Origin: a virus
Lineage: Duplodnaviria; Caudoviricetes
IMG/VR virus record: IMGVR_UViG_2920580016_000003
Coordinates: 1-64,000 of that record
Length of the DNA stretch: 64,000 bases
Reading direction: 5' to 3' (one strand)
Position numbers and translations under genes: made by a program. Within the stretch, counting starts at the first letter, position 1. Each line of letters starts with the position of its first letter. Below are positions 1 through 9,391 of the stretch, in pieces. The notes under the pieces were generated by a model. That model ran no database searches, was not told the origin of the DNA, and saw only the letters and a list, made by a program, of their open reading frames with translations.

Positions 1-510
1 TCACGAGGGGCGGCGGAGTTGCCGCACCTCTGCGGACGGACGTTCCTCTGGCGCGTTCTCCTCGGCGCGGATGGTGCGGAGGAGCCGAAGGAACATCCTC
101 TTGTCTTCGTCGCTCATCCCGGGGATCGCCCAGATGTGACGCTCTTGCGGATCCGTGTACGGGTTGTCCGACGTTGCCTGCAGCTCGTCGGGAGGCCGGG
201 GCGGCAGCTCGTCGCGCTCAGCCATCCCTGCGTGGAGAAGCATCTCCCCCAGGTTGTAGCCGAGCGCTTTGCCGATCCGGCGTAGAACGTCCACCTCTGC
301 ACCGCGGTCCTCGGACAGGATCCGGTTGATCATTGAGGCGTGAACGTCCGCTTCGCGCGCAAACTTCGACTGGCCACCTCTTTCGAGGTTGTAGCCGCGT
401 TTGGTGAGCTCTGCGTTCAACCACACGCCGAGCCGACCAGGAGTTTTGCCCACGGGCACAGATGATACCCCGTTGATCACGCGCCGCAATATGGGCAGTT
501 GGGGCACCAC
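1..510 (-). CDS. XRE-family HTH immunity repressor (start uncertain)
   Basis: HTH pattern GQSKFAREADVHASMINRILSEDRGAEVDVLRRIGKALG; divergent from the early operon. Confidence 0.85.
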   Translation of the reverse strand: MVPQLPILRRVINGVSSVPVGKTPGRLGVWLNAELTKRGYNLERGGQSKFAREADVHASMINRILSEDRGAEVDVLRRIGKALGYNLGEMLLHAGMAERDELPPRPPDELQATSDNPYTDPQERHIWAIPGMSDEDKRMFLRLLRTIRAEENAPEERPSAEVRQLRRPS

Positions 511-580
511 ATCCTGACCGGCCGGGTTTACCCACGTGAAGCCCGAGGTCTTGACTCCAAAAAATCATGACGCGCGGGTA

Positions 581-610
581 TTGCTATGCCGTTCGGCACA
601 GCGCTACATT
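581..610 (+). promoter_or_regulatory. Putative rightward early promoter
   Basis: TTGCTA (581-586), 18 bp spacer, TACATT (605-610; TANNNT -10); an operator repeat lies in the spacer. Confidence 0.5.
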
Positions 611-674
611 GAGGGCGCTTCGGTGTGCCGAACGGCACAGAACTCGCTCCCGAACCACGCCGAATGGCACAGAA
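587..674. promoter_or_regulatory. Three putative repressor operators
   Basis: TGCCGTTCGGCACA (587-600) is the exact reverse complement of TGTGCCGAACGGCA (624-637); GCCGAATGGCACAGAA (659-674) repeats 627-642 with 1 mismatch. Confidence 0.65.
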
Positions 675-702
675 ATTGATTCTGGATCACCTGGAGGACC
701 GC

Positions 703-1008
703 ATGGCGCAGCACCGCGTGAGACTGCGCGCCGACGCCGTCAGAACCCGCATGAACGCCCTCGGCTACGACTCCGAGAGCGCCCAAGCCCGCGCCATCGG
801 CGTCGTCCCATCCATCCACCACCGCGCGCTCAAGGGCGACCGCGAACCCAGCGCCTTCTACGCGCTGCGACTGCTCGGCCTGCTCGCCCCCAACCTCCGC
901 GAAGAGATCGAAACCTTCCTCGACCTCGACCTCGACTTTGTCCTCGACCTCGGCACGGTCGAGGTTGAGGTCACCCAACTCAGCGAACCCGAAGCGGTGG
1001 CGTCATGA
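703..1008 (+). CDS. Cro-like HTH regulator
   Basis: GGAGG SD at 693-697 before ATG 703; SESAQARAIGVVPSIHHRALKGDREPS HTH; first gene divergent from the repressor. Confidence 0.75.
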   Translation: MAQHRVRLRADAVRTRMNALGYDSESAQARAIGVVPSIHHRALKGDREPSAFYALRLLGLLAPNLREEIETFLDLDLDFVLDLGTVEVEVTQLSEPEAVAS

Positions 1009-1241
1009 CCGCCAAGAACGGCCGCCAGCCGGCCACCGAGCGCAAGACGCTCCTGCTCACCATCCCCGAAACCGCAGAAGAACTCCGCGTGCACCGCGAC
1101 ACCGTCTACACCTACATCGCCGACGGCCTGCTCAACCCGGTCGACCTGGCCCGCCCCGGCAGCAAGGTCACCTGCCTCCGTGTGCCGCTGGACGAACTCA
1201 AGGCGTTCATCGCCAGCCGCCCCCGCGTGCACGCCCCTTAG
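1005..1241 (+). CDS. Excisionase-like HTH DNA-binding protein
   Basis: LLTIPETAEELRVHRDTVYTYIADGLL is the typical Xis/HTH_17 pattern. Confidence 0.8.
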   Translation: MTAKNGRQPATERKTLLLTIPETAEELRVHRDTVYTYIADGLLNPVDLARPGSKVTCLRVPLDELKAFIASRPRVHAP

Positions 1242-1323
1242 ACAGCCGCAAGGCCCGGCCGAGCCACCGACCGAGCCTCACGAACCGACCCGCCATCCCT
1301 ACTGCAGCAAGGGACCACAAGCC

Positions 1324-2475
1324 ATGACAACCACTACCACACATGCCCCCGACAGGCAGCAGCACACGGTCACGACGGCAGGCTTACTGACCGCGTGTGA
1401 CGTGCTCGCCATCGAAAAGGCGATCGTCAACGTCGCCTACTACGGCATCACCCCGGACGCCGCCGACCGGCAGGCCCTCGCGGTCGCCACCTACTGGCCC
1501 GGCTGCAAGATGCTCGCCCGGCTGGTTATCCGGCGCATCTTCGATGGTTACCCGCTGCCCCTCAACCAGCGCTGCACGCAGGTGCTGCTCGACCTCATCC
1601 ACCGACTGCCCGCCGTATCCGAGGCCGACGAGGACGCGTTCTTCGCCACCCACACCGTCGCCGGCGTCACCAAGCCCGCAGACCCCGAGTCGACGCCGGA
1701 GAGCATGCTCACCCCGCACGACGTGCTCGACATCACCGCCGCGCTGCGAAACGTCACCGCCGCCGACTGCACCAGCCTCACCCCGCAGGACCGGCAGGCT
1801 CTCGCGCTCCTCACCTACTGGGACAAGACGCCGCCCGCCACCCGGATCTTCATCTCGTGGCTGGCCGACCCGACCCGGGTCGACGTCACCCTGCCGCTGC
1901 CCCGCGACACGGCCGCCCACCTGCTCACCCTGACCGATCTCCTGCCGGAAGTGTCCGAGGAGGACGTCGACGCCTGGCTGGCCGACCGCGACACCGAGAC
2001 GCCGTGCGTCATCGACCAGATCATCACCGCCCTCGCCTCCATGATCGCCATGCACGTCGGCGAGCCGGGCGCGCACCTGCTCAACGGCGCGATACAGACG
2101 GTCATCCGCATCGGCAAGCCGGACGTGCCGTTGTCCGAGGTGCCGGACGTCGCCTCTGCGGAGATCGTGACCGCGATCGCCGATCTGGATGCTGATGGAC
2201 TCCTGCCGGAGCCGCAGCCGGACCCGGCCCTATGGGCGCTCGCCGCCCACAACGCCGACTACGGCAACTCAGGATCCCAACGGACCATGCTGATCGCCGC
2301 CATCCTCGCCGCGAACGGGCACGCGACCGGCGACGACGCCGTCGAGCTGGCACGCACCAACAGCTTCGACGAGCGGGTCCGCGAGGCCGGGCGGATCGCC
2401 GACGACATGGTGAAGCAGATCCGCCGCAACAAGCTGACCGCCATCGACGACGCCCCCACGGCGGTGGCGCTGTGA
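1324..2475 (+). CDS. Hypothetical protein with internal ~90-aa domain duplication
   Basis: Long ORF with phage-like codon use; two copies of LT..DV..I..A..NV.....DRQALA..TYW....LP.VSE.D.DA. Confidence 0.8.
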   Translation: MTTTTTHAPDRQQHTVTTAGLLTACDVLAIEKAIVNVAYYGITPDAADRQALAVATYWPGCKMLARLVIRRIFDGYPLPLNQRCTQVLLDLIHRLPAVSEADEDAFFATHTVAGVTKPADPESTPESMLTPHDVLDITAALRNVTAADCTSLTPQDRQALALLTYWDKTPPATRIFISWLADPTRVDVTLPLPRDTAAHLLTLTDLLPEVSEEDVDAWLADRDTETPCVIDQIITALASMIAMHVGEPGAHLLNGAIQTVIRIGKPDVPLSEVPDVASAEIVTAIADLDADGLLPEPQPDPALWALAAHNADYGNSGSQRTMLIAAILAANGHATGDDAVELARTNSFDERVREAGRIADDMVKQIRRNKLTAIDDAPTAVAL

Positions 2476-2762
2476 CGACACTTAGCGAGCCACGAGAAGT
2501 CCGCTACCTCGGCGCTGACTGGGACGCAGAGGCGCACATCGAGGACGTCGTGAACCCCGAGCGGATCTACACCGGACTCTGTGGGCTGGGGCTGAATCAG
2601 AGGAACCGCCTGGTCGCGCCGCGCGGACGATCCCTGTGCAGACTGTGCGGCGAGATCGCCGACGATGAGTTCTACGACCGAGCCGAGATCAGAAGGTTCT
2701 ACCCCTCGTACAACGGCATCGGGTGGACGGGTAACGAGCAGCCTGCGGCGGTGGCGCTGTGA
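2472..2762 (+). CDS. Hypothetical protein (CxxC)
   Basis: GTGA overlap with the previous stop; LCRLCG motif. Confidence 0.65.
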   Translation: MTTLSEPREVRYLGADWDAEAHIEDVVNPERIYTGLCGLGLNQRNRLVAPRGRSLCRLCGEIADDEFYDRAEIRRFYPSYNGIGWTGNEQPAAVAL

Positions 2763-3160
2763 CAACCTACCGCCTCGACCCGGATGGGCCGCACGACGAC
2801 GACAGCATCCGACACGCCGCCCAAGCCTTCGCCGAAGCCGTCCGCGTCCTCAACCACGCCACCCGCAACCCGGACGCGCTCAAACACCCGGCCACCGTGC
2901 ACGACGTGCTCGGCAGCCTCCGCGACGGCATGCAGCGCGCAGACCAGATGTTCGGCCAGCTCAGCAACCGGCTCACCCAGATGGCCTATACCGGCCGGCT
3001 GCGCCACACCCACGAGGACCCGTCCCGCGCCGTCAACGAGGCGCTACGCCAGATCGAACTCCTGCGCACCGACGCCGCCGTGATGGGCGAACGCCTCGAC
3101 CGGGCGTTCAACGCCACCTCCGGCCTCTACCTCAGCTCCGACGACCAGGGCGGTGAGTGA
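2759..3160 (+). CDS. Hypothetical helical protein
   Basis: GTGA-coupled ORF. Confidence 0.7.
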   Translation: MTTYRLDPDGPHDDDSIRHAAQAFAEAVRVLNHATRNPDALKHPATVHDVLGSLRDGMQRADQMFGQLSNRLTQMAYTGRLRHTHEDPSRAVNEALRQIELLRTDAAVMGERLDRAFNATSGLYLSSDDQGGE

Positions 3161-3447
3161 TGGCCAGGACGCCTACTCGGCTCAACCGAGCGCACATCCG
3201 ACGCCACTGCGAGCGTGCCATCGCCCGGCGTCTCGGCTACGCAATGCCCGAGGCTGTGATCAACGTCTACGGGCAGGGCGACCACATCATCGTCCTCGTC
3301 AACAGCGGCGGCAACGCCCTGGAAATCGAGACGTACCTGAAGGAACGCGGCTACACCGCACAGCAGGCTGGCAGCGCACCTGACGGATACGGCTGCGCGG
3401 TCCGCGTCGGCACTCAGCCTGACAGTGCGACAGGCGGTGACCGCTGA
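3157..3447 (+). CDS. Hypothetical protein
   Basis: Coupled ORF in the operon. Confidence 0.65.
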   Translation: MMARTPTRLNRAHIRRHCERAIARRLGYAMPEAVINVYGQGDHIIVLVNSGGNALEIETYLKERGYTAQQAGSAPDGYGCAVRVGTQPDSATGGDR

Positions 3448-3620
3448 TGGCCACCCGCCCCCGCACCACCTGCCCCATCTGCACCCGCGACGTCGTCCAG
3501 CGCAAGGACGGCACCCCGGTCGCGCACTATCCGCCTCCCGGACGGCCCGAACTCACCTGCGGTGGTCGCGGATTCGGCGCTCACTGCCGAGGCAGCCACC
3601 CCGAGGGCGGTGACCGCTGA
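3447..3620 (+). CDS. 57-aa Cys/His mini-protein (not in the ORF track)
   Basis: MATRPRTTCPICTRDVVQRKDGTPVAHYPPPGRPELTCGGRGFGAHCRGSHPEGGDR; TGATG overlaps at both ends fill the gap exactly. Confidence 0.65.
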   Translation: MATRPRTTCPICTRDVVQRKDGTPVAHYPPPGRPELTCGGRGFGAHCRGSHPEGGDR

Positions 3621-4123
3621 TGGAGACCGTCGCCGACGTCCTGCGCACCGCCGCCAGCCTGGTTGAAACCCGGAAGGCCGTCACCGTGCACGGGGCCCTC
3701 TACCTCGCCCTCTGCGGCCCGCAGGACTTCAAGCCCGGCCAGCCGCTCCGCGTGCCGCTGTTCGCCGAGGCGTGCCGGACCTTCGCCGCCAGGGTCGGAT
3801 ACACCGGCCGCCGCCACCCTGGCGGGTTCCTCACCCGCTGGTCCGCCCGCCACAACGCAGACGCGATCGTGTCTGAACTTCGCGCGGCAGCCGACGCGGC
3901 GGCCGAAGCCGAAGCTGACGAGCTGGACTCGGTCAGCGTCCGCGACGCGGTGCGGGTCATCGCCCAGCAACTCGACATCCGCGACGTCGAGGCTGTCGCC
4001 CTGCTGATCGTCAGCGGCATCCCCGCCTTCCGGACAGACGGGCGGGCGCGGCTGCACCGCGGCGACGTCATCGCCTACGCCCACCACCTCGCCGCCACAG
4101 CCAGCAAGGACGGTGCCCGATGA
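3620..4123 (+). CDS. DUF6197-like N-terminus fused to an HTH-like C-terminus
   Basis: VADVLRTAASLV...W...H.A..IVSELRAAA; C-terminal IPAFRTDGRARLHRGDVIAY. Confidence 0.6.
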   Translation: METVADVLRTAASLVETRKAVTVHGALYLALCGPQDFKPGQPLRVPLFAEACRTFAARVGYTGRRHPGGFLTRWSARHNADAIVSELRAAADAAAEAEADELDSVSVRDAVRVIAQQLDIRDVEAVALLIVSGIPAFRTDGRARLHRGDVIAYAHHLAATASKDGAR

Positions 4124-4671
4124 CCGAGATCAACCCCGGCGACACCGTAGACGTCGTCATCAGAGGCGTCCAGTTCGCCTACGAGCGCACCATCGACCAT
4201 CGCGCAGGACTCACCTCTATCCGCGCCGACGACGGCCGCCGCTACACCATGCCCGCCCAGGCCGCCATCACGCCTCACAAGCAGCCGGAGCCGGACGCCA
4301 CCGCCCCTGCTCTCGACTCCACCGAGCCCATCGCCAAGGCGCTCGCATTGCTCGACGCATGGGAGCTGGAGGGCTACATCGAGCCGTACGTCGCCGCCGG
4401 CGTGCGCAAGGCCCTCGGTCTGCCGCCCCGTCACTGGCCGCCGCAGCCCGGCGACGTGTGGGACGACGGCATGCCGTGGGACTCGCTGTGGTTCGCCCGC
4501 GCGTACCCCGAAGAGGGGGAGAACGACGCTTGGCCCACCCGCACCTACGTGGTCATGACCAACGTGAGGGGCGGCGGCAACACGAAATCGCCGCAGGAAC
4601 TGCTCGAGTCAGTCCGTAGCTCCCGCGACGACCTCACGCTGCTCTACCGCCGCAAGGACGGCGCCCAGTGA
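4120..4671 (+). CDS. Hypothetical protein
   Basis: Coupled ORF; WPPQPGDVW motif common in actinophage early proteins. Confidence 0.7.
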   Translation: MTEINPGDTVDVVIRGVQFAYERTIDHRAGLTSIRADDGRRYTMPAQAAITPHKQPEPDATAPALDSTEPIAKALALLDAWELEGYIEPYVAAGVRKALGLPPRHWPPQPGDVWDDGMPWDSLWFARAYPEEGENDAWPTRTYVVMTNVRGGGNTKSPQELLESVRSSRDDLTLLYRRKDGAQ

Positions 4672-5537
4672 CCGCCATCTCAGAGACCGCCGCCATCATC
4701 GACGGGCCCGGCGTCTACGACATCCCCGAAGACGCCTACCACGCCGACCCCGTCCCCGGATGCAGCCTCTCCTCCTCCGGCGCCAGGCTGATCATGCAGC
4801 CCGGCGGGCCCGCCCGCTACCACTGGCAGCAAACCCACCCCCAGCCGCCGAAGAAAGCGTTCGACCTCGGCCACGCCGCACACAAGCTCGTGCTCGGCGC
4901 CGGCCCCGAACTCGTGCGGATCCCCGCCGACGAATGGCGCACCAAAGAGATCAAAGAGCAGGTGGCCAGGGCCCGCGAACGCGGCGCAGTGCCGCTCAAA
5001 CCCGCCGACTACCAGACCGTCCACGACATGGCCGACGCCATCCGCCGACACCCCATCGCCTCCGCCCTCTTCGACCCCGCGCTCGGCGAACCCGAGAAGA
5101 CACTCATCTGGCAGGACGAGCAGGCCGGGATCTGGCGGCGCGCACGCCTCGACTGGCTCCCCCGCCCCGACGACGGCCGGCTCATCGTCGGCGACTACAA
5201 GACCACGACCGACGCCTCCCGGGCGGCAATCGCCAAATCGGTCGCCAACTACGGCTACCACTGCCAGCAGCCCTGGTACCTCGACGGCGTCACCGCGGTC
5301 GGCATCGACGACGACCCCGTCATGGTCTTCGTCTTCCAAGAGAAAACCGCCCCCTACCTGATCCAAATCGTCGAACTCGACCCCGACGACGTCCAGGCAG
5401 GCCGCGAAGCCAACCAGCGCGCCATCGACATCTACGCCCACTGCCAGGCCACCGGCATCTGGCCCGGATACAGCACCGAAATCGCCACCATCGCCCTGCC
5501 CCGCTGGGCCAACACCACCTTCGAGGAGATCCTGTGA
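4668..5537 (+). CDS. RecE/exonuclease VIII-like PD-(D/E)XK nuclease
   Basis: LSSSG, FDLGHAAH, RARLDWL, IVGDYKTT, YGYHCQQPWY motifs. Confidence 0.9.
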   Translation: MTAISETAAIIDGPGVYDIPEDAYHADPVPGCSLSSSGARLIMQPGGPARYHWQQTHPQPPKKAFDLGHAAHKLVLGAGPELVRIPADEWRTKEIKEQVARARERGAVPLKPADYQTVHDMADAIRRHPIASALFDPALGEPEKTLIWQDEQAGIWRRARLDWLPRPDDGRLIVGDYKTTTDASRAAIAKSVANYGYHCQQPWYLDGVTAVGIDDDPVMVFVFQEKTAPYLIQIVELDPDDVQAGREANQRAIDIYAHCQATGIWPGYSTEIATIALPRWANTTFEEIL

Positions 5538-6439
5538 CCGAGCTCGCCATCCCCAACCGGCCCGCCACCTCCTCGCTGGTAGCAGTGGACCCGCAGCCGT
5601 CCCCGCTCATGGTGTGGGCCATGGAGGTCCAGCAGGCCAGCCAGATCGCCGAAGCGCTGGCCCAGACCTCGTTCGTCCCGGCCGCCATGCGTGGCAAACC
5701 GCACGAGATCACCGCAGCGATTCTCGCCGGCGCCGAACTGGGGCTGCCGCCCGTCGCGTCGCTCCGGTCCATGGACGTCATTCAGGGCACACCGGCGCTG
5801 CGCGCGCACGCCATGCGCGGCCTCGTCCAGTCGCACGGCCACACCGTGCAGCTCGTGGAGTCCACGAAGGACCGATGCGTGATGCGCGGCCGGCGTAAGG
5901 GCGAAACCGAGTGGCAGCAGGTGGAGTGGGACATTCCCCGTGCCGAACAGCTGGGCCTGACCGGCAAGTCGGAGTGGAAGAAGCAGCCGAAGACAATGCT
6001 GGTCGCCCGGGCCACCGGCGAAATCTGCCGTCTGATCGCGGCCGACGTGCTGTACGCGATGCCCTACGCGGCCGAAGAACTCGGCGACCCCGACCTCGCG
6101 CCGCCGCCCGCCAGCGACAGCCGGGTCACAGCCGAGGAGATCCTGCGCCGCCAGCAGCCGGCCCCACCCAACAGCGCCACCACCGAGCGGATGATCTCGG
6201 AGCCGCAGCAGAAGAAGATGGCCGCGCTCATGCGCACGGTCGGCCTCACCGACCGCGACTCGGCGCTGGCGTTCGTCAACGAGGTCCTCCAGCGCGGCGA
6301 CGACAACCAGGTCACGTCCCGCAACGAGCTCACCCTCGACGAAGCGTCCAAGGTAATCGACGCGCTCGACCGAGAGGCCGGCAAGAACAACGAGACGGCC
6401 GACGGAGACGCTGGCCAGCAGGGTGAGGCGTCGTCATGA
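5534..6439 (+). CDS. RecT-like single-strand annealing protein
   Basis: Follows RecE; FVPAAMRGKPHEITAAILAGAELGL, QPKTMLVARA motifs of actinophage RecT-like proteins. Confidence 0.8.
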   Translation: MTELAIPNRPATSSLVAVDPQPSPLMVWAMEVQQASQIAEALAQTSFVPAAMRGKPHEITAAILAGAELGLPPVASLRSMDVIQGTPALRAHAMRGLVQSHGHTVQLVESTKDRCVMRGRRKGETEWQQVEWDIPRAEQLGLTGKSEWKKQPKTMLVARATGEICRLIAADVLYAMPYAAEELGDPDLAPPPASDSRVTAEEILRRQQPAPPNSATTERMISEPQQKKMAALMRTVGLTDRDSALAFVNEVLQRGDDNQVTSRNELTLDEASKVIDALDREAGKNNETADGDAGQQGEASS

Positions 6440-6737
6440 GCCGCGCCTACTACGACCGCACCGCGGCCGAATGGCGGACCGCCACCGAAGCCGCACGGGC
6501 CGCCTCGAGCGACTACATCACGCTGCCCGTCCGCCACCTCGCCCTGATCTTCCACGGTTACGAGCAGCACCAGCAGGAACGCGCCAACGCCCTCGCCTGG
6601 ATCGCGCGCGCGCGCAGCAGGCCGGGCACCTCGACGAGGCGTGTGCCGCTTACGGCAGGCACGCCCTCGGCGACCTCACCGACGACCAACTCGCCGACCA
6701 CCTCCGCGCCACCTCCCAGCACCAGGAGAGGTCATGA
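6436..6737 (+). pseudogene. Hypothetical gene frameshifted in a (CG)6C tract
   Basis: 302 nt between two ATGA junctions; removing one CG from 6603-6615 gives a 99-aa ORF ending at the next ATGA overlap. Confidence 0.6.
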
Positions 6738-7300
6738 ACGACACCGTCGATATGCAGCGGCAAGCCCGCGCCTGGTTCAGGCATCTCCACCAGGACACCA
6801 CGTGGATTCCGAAGGTCGGCGGGCCGATCCTCATTCGCGACATGGACTCCACCTGGCGGTATAACGCCGCCAACTGGCTCCTCCGCCGCGCCTGCGAGCT
6901 CTCGATCATGTACAGCTTCGGCGAATTCGCCGCCCTGACCTCGCCGATCAGCGGCCCCGCCCTGCGTCAAGATTCCGACGGCACAGCCGAAGACGAACGC
7001 CCGCTCTACCTCGAGATGCCGCCCGAGGTCCTTGCTGACCTCCTCCAGCAGGATGCCCAGCGCGCCGAGAATCCTGAGTCGTGGCTGAAGACGACGCCGC
7101 TCTACCGGGCGCTCGTCAAGGACCTGCCCGGCGACGTCGCCGCCCTCGCGAAGCACTGGTCCACCTGCGATCTACGCACCGGCCAGGGGACGGTCTGCTC
7201 GTGCTGGATGCGGCACCTGTCTGAGTGCCCCGTCAACATGCTTCGCGACATCACCGCGAACTGCCAGTGCCGCGACAACTCGCCGGAGTGGACGATATGA
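6734..7300 (+). CDS. Hypothetical phage protein
   Basis: GGAGAGG SD, ATGA overlaps, W...I.DMD...RYNAANWL motif. Confidence 0.7.
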   Translation: MNDTVDMQRQARAWFRHLHQDTTWIPKVGGPILIRDMDSTWRYNAANWLLRRACELSIMYSFGEFAALTSPISGPALRQDSDGTAEDERPLYLEMPPEVLADLLQQDAQRAENPESWLKTTPLYRALVKDLPGDVAALAKHWSTCDLRTGQGTVCSCWMRHLSECPVNMLRDITANCQCRDNSPEWTI

Positions 7301-8148
7301 CGTTCTGGACCGGCCGGCTCGCCGCCCTAGATTTCGAGTCAACGGGCGTTGACCCGAACGAGGCGCGGATCGTCGAGGCGTACATCGGCCTCGTCGGAGG
7401 CGGCGAGAAGCCAGTCGACCGGCCGCCCCTCTATATCGACCCGGGCGTGCCTATGCCGGCTGAGGCGGCCGCCATCCACGGCTACGACGACGCTTTCCTC
7501 GCGGTCAACGGCGTTGAACCGGCGGAGGGGATCGGTCAGATCGTCGCCGCGGTCAAGTCGGTGTGGCAGCAGGGCATTCCGCTGGTCGGCCACAACATCG
7601 GCAACTATGACCTGACCCTTCTCGACAGAGAGATGGTGCGGCACGGGTTCGGCCCGCTCATCAACCTGATGGGCGGCTCGTACGGACCTGTCATCGACAC
7701 CAAGACCTTGTCGAAGCACATCGACAAGTGGCGCCGCAAGGTCAGCGAGGAGCAGAAGGCCCACGCGCTCAAAACCTGCGCCCAGGTGTTCGGCATCCGG
7801 TGGGTGGATGAGGAGGCGCACGGCGCCCGCTACGACGCCATCATCTCCGCCCGGATCGCCTGGCGGATGGGCACCATCGCGGCACTCCCGCGCGAGCAAC
7901 GCCCGTTCATCCAAGCCGGGCGCGGGGACGACCGGCACCTGTTCGACGACCTCAACGTGCCGCTCGACGAACTATTCGCCCGCCAGCAGCGCTGGGCGCG
8001 AGAGCAGGCCGCCTCCTACCAGGAATACCTGCGCTCCCCGAAAGCCGGAGACAAGCGCGACGAGAAGGCCGTCATCGACGGGAGCTGGCCAGTCCAGGCC
8101 GCCCCCACCACGGAAACCCAACCCGCCACGGAGGCGATCGCGTCATGA
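7297..8148 (+). CDS. DnaQ-like DEDDh 3'-5' exonuclease
   Basis: ExoI LDFESTG, ExoII VGHNIGNYD, ExoIII AHGARYDA. Confidence 0.92.
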   Translation: MTFWTGRLAALDFESTGVDPNEARIVEAYIGLVGGGEKPVDRPPLYIDPGVPMPAEAAAIHGYDDAFLAVNGVEPAEGIGQIVAAVKSVWQQGIPLVGHNIGNYDLTLLDREMVRHGFGPLINLMGGSYGPVIDTKTLSKHIDKWRRKVSEEQKAHALKTCAQVFGIRWVDEEAHGARYDAIISARIAWRMGTIAALPREQRPFIQAGRGDDRHLFDDLNVPLDELFARQQRWAREQAASYQEYLRSPKAGDKRDEKAVIDGSWPVQAAPTTETQPATEAIAS

Positions 8149-8663
8149 CAATCGAGCACGTCCACGACACCGAACAGGCCGACGTCGCCGAGGTCGTCGA
8201 AGAAACCGACCTGATCGTGGCCATTCTCCGCGGCTACATGGTCCGCGAACGCAAGCACGCCGACCAGTACGCCAGCGAAGCATCCCGCGCCCGGGCCCGC
8301 GCCACCGACCTGGAGAAAAAGGCGATGGAGTGCCGCGACCGGCAGCGCCGCTGGGAGAGGCTCCTCAAATTGGACGCGGCCGGCGACGACCTGTTGGGCG
8401 AACTCGTCAACGACCGAGGCGACGCCCAGACGATGCTCGTGCCGCGGCCTCGCCAGAGATTCCCGCTGGCGCACTCCCGCGAGTGGGGCAACATCCCGCA
8501 CCTGGCCTGCATCTTCTGCGGCGGCGACCTCGGCGAGGCCACCGCCGCCGACGTGGAGGCGGTGCTGGCCGGCGACGACGTGCAGCCGAAGTGTGACGAC
8601 TGCAAGGCCGCCGCCGAGCGGGGCGGCAACCCGTACCCGGCGCCGCCGAAAGACGCCGCCTAA
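8145..8663 (+). CDS. Hypothetical coiled-coil protein with two CxxC motifs
   Basis: CIFCG and CDDC. Confidence 0.7.
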   Translation: MTIEHVHDTEQADVAEVVEETDLIVAILRGYMVRERKHADQYASEASRARARATDLEKKAMECRDRQRRWERLLKLDAAGDDLLGELVNDRGDAQTMLVPRPRQRFPLAHSREWGNIPHLACIFCGGDLGEATAADVEAVLAGDDVQPKCDDCKAAAERGGNPYPAPPKDAA

Positions 8664-8729
8664 CCCTTCCGTTCCTTGACCGCGCGCCCGCCACGGGGGC
8701 TGGGCGCGCCATCCGCAAAAGGAGCATCC

Positions 8730-9005
8730 ATGTACGACATCACCATCGAGGTGAGCCAGCTCAACCTCGATCCCATTCGGGCCCGCGCGTTCGACATGCG
8801 CTGGCTCACCGCCGACGGCAGCACAGCCGTCAACAGCCGCCCGATGGAACCGGCCACCGTGGACGGATCCGCACGCGCTGTCCTCGCGCACCTGATCGGT
8901 GTCGACGTGCCTGACCTCGTCAACGAGGTGCTGCGCCTCCGCGCCGCCCTGGCCGCCTACCACGACGCCATCGCCGACCGCGCTCCCACCGGAGGCACCC
9001 GATGA
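8730..9005 (+). CDS. Hypothetical protein
   Basis: AAGGAG SD before ATG 8730. Confidence 0.65.
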   Translation: MYDITIEVSQLNLDPIRARAFDMRWLTADGSTAVNSRPMEPATVDGSARAVLAHLIGVDVPDLVNEVLRLRAALAAYHDAIADRAPTGGTR

Positions 9006-9391
9006 GCATCGAAACCCTCGACCTGTCCTACGCCGCCATCCTCAACCGGGCCGCCGACCGCATCGAGAAGTTCGGGCTCGCCGTCGAGGACTACACCGTC
9101 CCCGTCGACGGCGTCGACGAAAGCGAGTGGCCGGTCGACGTGCAGGGCAGCCTCGCCGCCGCAGCCGGATTCCCGCCTCACATCTGGGAGACCGAGGCTG
9201 TCGACTCGGCCGCGTTCCGACCCGTCCGCGACGTCGCCGACCTCCTCGTCGACCGGCTCGGCCTCGACCCGATCCCCGCCTGGGACGAGTCGATCGGCGG
9301 CTGGTCCGACGAACACACCGCCGAACACGTCGTCGGCAAGCTGCGTGAGATCGCCGCCAAGGTGGCGCAGAACGGCGGTGAAGCAGCATGA
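9002..9391 (+). CDS. DUF6197-like hypothetical protein
   Basis: AAILNRAADRIEKFG...WSDEHTAEHVVGKLREIA; resembles the 3620 N-terminal domain. Confidence 0.65.
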   Translation: MSIETLDLSYAAILNRAADRIEKFGLAVEDYTVPVDGVDESEWPVDVQGSLAAAAGFPPHIWETEAVDSAAFRPVRDVADLLVDRLGLDPIPAWDESIGGWSDEHTAEHVVGKLREIAAKVAQNGGEAA

